Origin: an uncultured delta proteobacterium
GTDB lineage: Bacteria; Myxococcota; Kuafuiibacteriia; Kuafuiibacteriales; Kuafuiibacteriaceae
Assembly (NCBI GenBank): GCA_963803435.1
Contig: CAWDML010000012.1
Span: 64,001 to 128,000 of the forward strand
Reading direction: 5' to 3'
Length of the DNA stretch: 64,000 bases
The position numbers and the translations under genes are program-made. This document shows positions 62,301 to 64,000 of the stretch, piece by piece. Position 1 is the first letter of the stretch, and each line of letters begins with the position of its first letter. The notes under the pieces were generated by a model. It worked only from the letters and a program-made list of their open reading frames with translations, had not been told where the DNA came from and did no database searches.

Positions 62301-64000
62301 GCCGCCCGGGCCGCGGCCTCATACGCCGCGATGGCGCCGCGGCTGTCGCCCATCTGGTCGAGCCGGATCTGCGCCGCCCGCGCCAGGTACGCCGCCTTCT
62401 CCTCGCCGTTCGCCCGGCTCGAGCAGTGGATCCACACGCGCACCGCTGCGTCGGCCTGCCCCCGACCGAGCTGGAGCCGCGCCAGGCGATCCGCGATCGC
62501 GCGCATTCTCGCCGGCTCCACCAGCGGCAGCGCCTCCTCGAGGCACCGTCCGGCGCCCGCCAGCTCGCCGCCCCGCTCCAGGATCGTCGCGCGCTCCGTG
62601 AGGGCTCGGCGCTTCGCCGGCGAAGAGGTGACCAGAGTGGCCAGCCGCGCCAGCGCCTCCTGCTCCAGCGCATCGTCGCGCACGGCGTGGGCACGCTCTG
62701 CGATCTCCTCGAGCAGCTGGATGCTGGTCGGCTGCAGAGCCCGCGCCTCCTCGAGCACCGCCAGCGCGTCGCGCGTTCGTCCCAGATGGGTGGCGAGCAC
62801 CCGGGCCCGCTCGGTGATCAGACGGACCCGCTCGTCGATGCGCAGGTCCTCGACCTCCACCCGCCTCGCCAGGTGCCGCTCGAGATCGCCCCAGCGCTCC
62901 GCGCGATAGAGGAGCTCCTGGAGGCGGAACGCTTCCTCAGCGTTCGCGGGATCCTCGCTGTACGCCTCGAGCAGCGGCTCGAAGGCACGGGTACGGCGCC
63001 CGATCGCCTCCCACATCCGCGCGGCCTCGCGGAGCTCACGCGCTCGGTCCGTCGGCGACGTCACCGCTTCGGCGCGGCGCTCGAGGAGCTGTGCCAGCGC
63101 CTCCGACGGTCCGGCGGCCTCAATCGCCTGCTCGTAGTCGCTCGCCGCGATCACGTCGGTCGCCAGCGTGCGCGCCTCGGTGAGCGCATCGAGGGCACGC
63201 TTCGGATCGCCCATCGCGCGGTACGCGGCGGCCAGCTGCACCAGCACCTGCGCGCGCACCGCCTGCTCACCCTCGGCCGAATCGTCGAGCAGCGCGACCG
63301 CCTGCCGGAGCGCCTCGGCGGCGTCCTTGGGATTGTCGCGATCCAGCAACAGCGCGCCGAGCGAGCGCTCGGCCTCCACGCGGTCCCTGGGCGAGACCGA
63401 GCGCGCCGCCTCGACGACGCCGCGCAGCGTGAACTCGGCGCCGTCGAGATCACCGGCCTCGCGCTCGGCGGAAGCCAGCGAGAGCAGCGCTCGCCACTGG
63501 GCCAACCCCGCGGGGAGCGACTGCGCATAGAGACGATAGGCGTCGACGCGCAGCGGATGATTGCCCAGCTCCAGCGCCATCGCCGCCAGGTGGCGGAGGG
63601 GAGAGCCATGCGTGGGCGCGATCTGCTCCAGGTCTTCCGGGCCCCAGCCGAGCTGCTCCGGGATCACCACGTCGGGCGCTCCCAGCCAGCCTTCGACCAT
63701 GCGGACCGCGTCGGTGAGCGCCCGCTCGGCCTCGGCTCGATCGCCGACGCGCTCCAGGAACAGGCGCGCCGCCGCCAATCGGTAGCGGAGTCCGGTGACG
63801 AGATCGACCGTCCCGGCCGAAGCCTCCAGCGCGCCCGCCAGCTCGGCCCAGCGCCCGTACCGGGAGAGCACCTCGAACCGCCGCGCGCGCACCAGCGCCG
63901 ACTGCGGCTCGTACTCCGCCAGCGAGGCGAGCACGCGCGCCGCCTCGTCGACCTGACCCGCGCTGTCGTGTGCGGTGGCGCGCAGGAGGTCGAGCGTGAT
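59399..64000 (-). CDS. Giant TPR-repeat protein (5' end beyond the window)
   Basis: Frame is open to the window edge; more than 1500 aa of helical TPR-like repeats, ending in a C-terminal domain with ELRFHVARA...ADRFGLL. Confidence 0.85.
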   Translation of the reverse strand: MTLDLLRATAHDSAGQVDEAARVLASLAEYEPQSALVRARRFEVLSRYGRWAELAGALEASAGTVDLVTGLRYRLAAARLFLERVGDRAEAERALTDAVRMVEGWLGAPDVVIPEQLGWGPEDLEQIAPTHGSPLRHLAAMALELGNHPLRVDAYRLYAQSLPAGLAQWRALLSLASAEREAGDLDGAEFTLRGVVEAARSVSPRDRVEAERSLGALLLDRDNPKDAAEALRQAVALLDDSAEGEQAVRAQVLVQLAAAYRAMGDPKRALDALTEARTLATDVIAASDYEQAIEAAGPSEALAQLLERRAEAVTSPTDRARELREAARMWEAIGRRTRAFEPLLEAYSEDPANAEEAFRLQELLYRAERWGDLERHLARRVEVEDLRIDERVRLITERARVLATHLGRTRDALAVLEEARALQPTSIQLLEEIAERAHAVRDDALEQEALARLATLVTSSPAKRRALTERATILERGGELAGAGRCLEEALPLVEPARMRAIADRLARLQLGRGQADAAVRVWIHCSSRANGEEKAAYLARAAQIRLDQMGDSRGAIAAYEAAARAAPADLGTRRAVIELAKKVGDPGKAREHARAAVALAEDLGERDARILYLLEEARTSGALGDVEAELDAYARAFTARPASSSLLDELVARARATLPAERIAAMIEARIEEMDPGLVRGRHRLALARILSEPLGRHWEAQGQREEAEKVDFADLEDAPLLDPDKANGEAPVDENYRALRALLDRSGRWTELAELEERRAKSLKDPVEQAASLVQVGKLFAEHLPEDWPARRDEPHVQANLRRIRDVLVSALTANPEDVEALSRLARIEYLSRAWDRAAPVFRRLEKLGGPSWSAPDFEVAAARVALENDDVNLAVARALRARARDPGSLDALRVLAAACDRVEDAEGREVWIEDLVERLDPVVDAAEIGSLLLRRAEIARLRGHSDRARGAIERALQLTPDEPKARRLHQELMRAAGASRALVDFLERESSRSDVEDPRGSLLAALEVAKQSREQRRSLRIARRLERFISDETVRRRLIAFYAAMGDGEALLRIAVELGSVAGLGELSDGARIRLAAACFAVSRDDDAFDLLVTFLPEGDLTALERADLSLFDRAASEAVHRSAERWDRDSGDPMTVRSPRIVYRLRSIVGRLRSPRAISESGVRWLEGLYAASGGHDLFARPLADAYRAQRIHLEAAARIYRRLLAQNPTDLDLVSSLFRALGGEGANGKAVGARSVLALLGEGDETATFTPLTHRPAEKTVRTRLFHELTATWLGRLLRTTALPMAARLPGANVLPSSWVDASDDRRLADLVRLVREVSGVPFEVWLDLDGGERVSIAAGDPPRIVVGEALADDATPSELRFHVARAAMLIELGYLLAEGAGGPERQRYLDLLVKVASPESAVIVSPELVDQVDAIRGWLSVEDREALAALAIPVSQSTVEVDLEPWMKSAVAAADRFGLLVAGELWAALRGLRRTEPRTLGEPFGSSQERIASVKRWRSASDLIAFVLSADFAEVAHDDGQTSDLRF

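Overview
This is a high-GC (about 70% by eye), densely coded chromosomal window that looks like Myxococcota. The evidence is five Hanks-type Ser/Thr kinases, an FHA-sigma54 activator, DUF4388 and giant TPR proteins, and Cys-rich lipoproteins. Housekeeping genes include a HelD-like helicase, slipin, KamA, HU, an IGHMBP2-like helicase, serS, uppP, nfeD, udg, coaBC, a Clp ATPase, ALDH7 and mscS. I found no rRNA, tRNA or CRISPR array. Main observations: (1) an ECF sigma/FecR-type anti-sigma locus with three exact copies of GGGAAGG-N15-GGCACTCA, defining a probable local regulon; (2) an uncharacterised three-gene exported operon (c-type heme DUF1588/1585-like lipoprotein, lipoprotein, Tat substrate) beside a serine-recombinase remnant; (3) all five reading-frame lesions found are repaired by restoring GATC, suggesting methylation-linked base-calling errors; (4) many starts have a -10 hexamer 5-8 nt upstream, consistent with leaderless transcription; (5) a possible 25-kb inversion separating nfeD from slipin; (6) a secreted 960-aa helical tandem-repeat protein and a coupled patatin + trypsin-like protease pair. 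All family calls come from motif recognition, without database searches.
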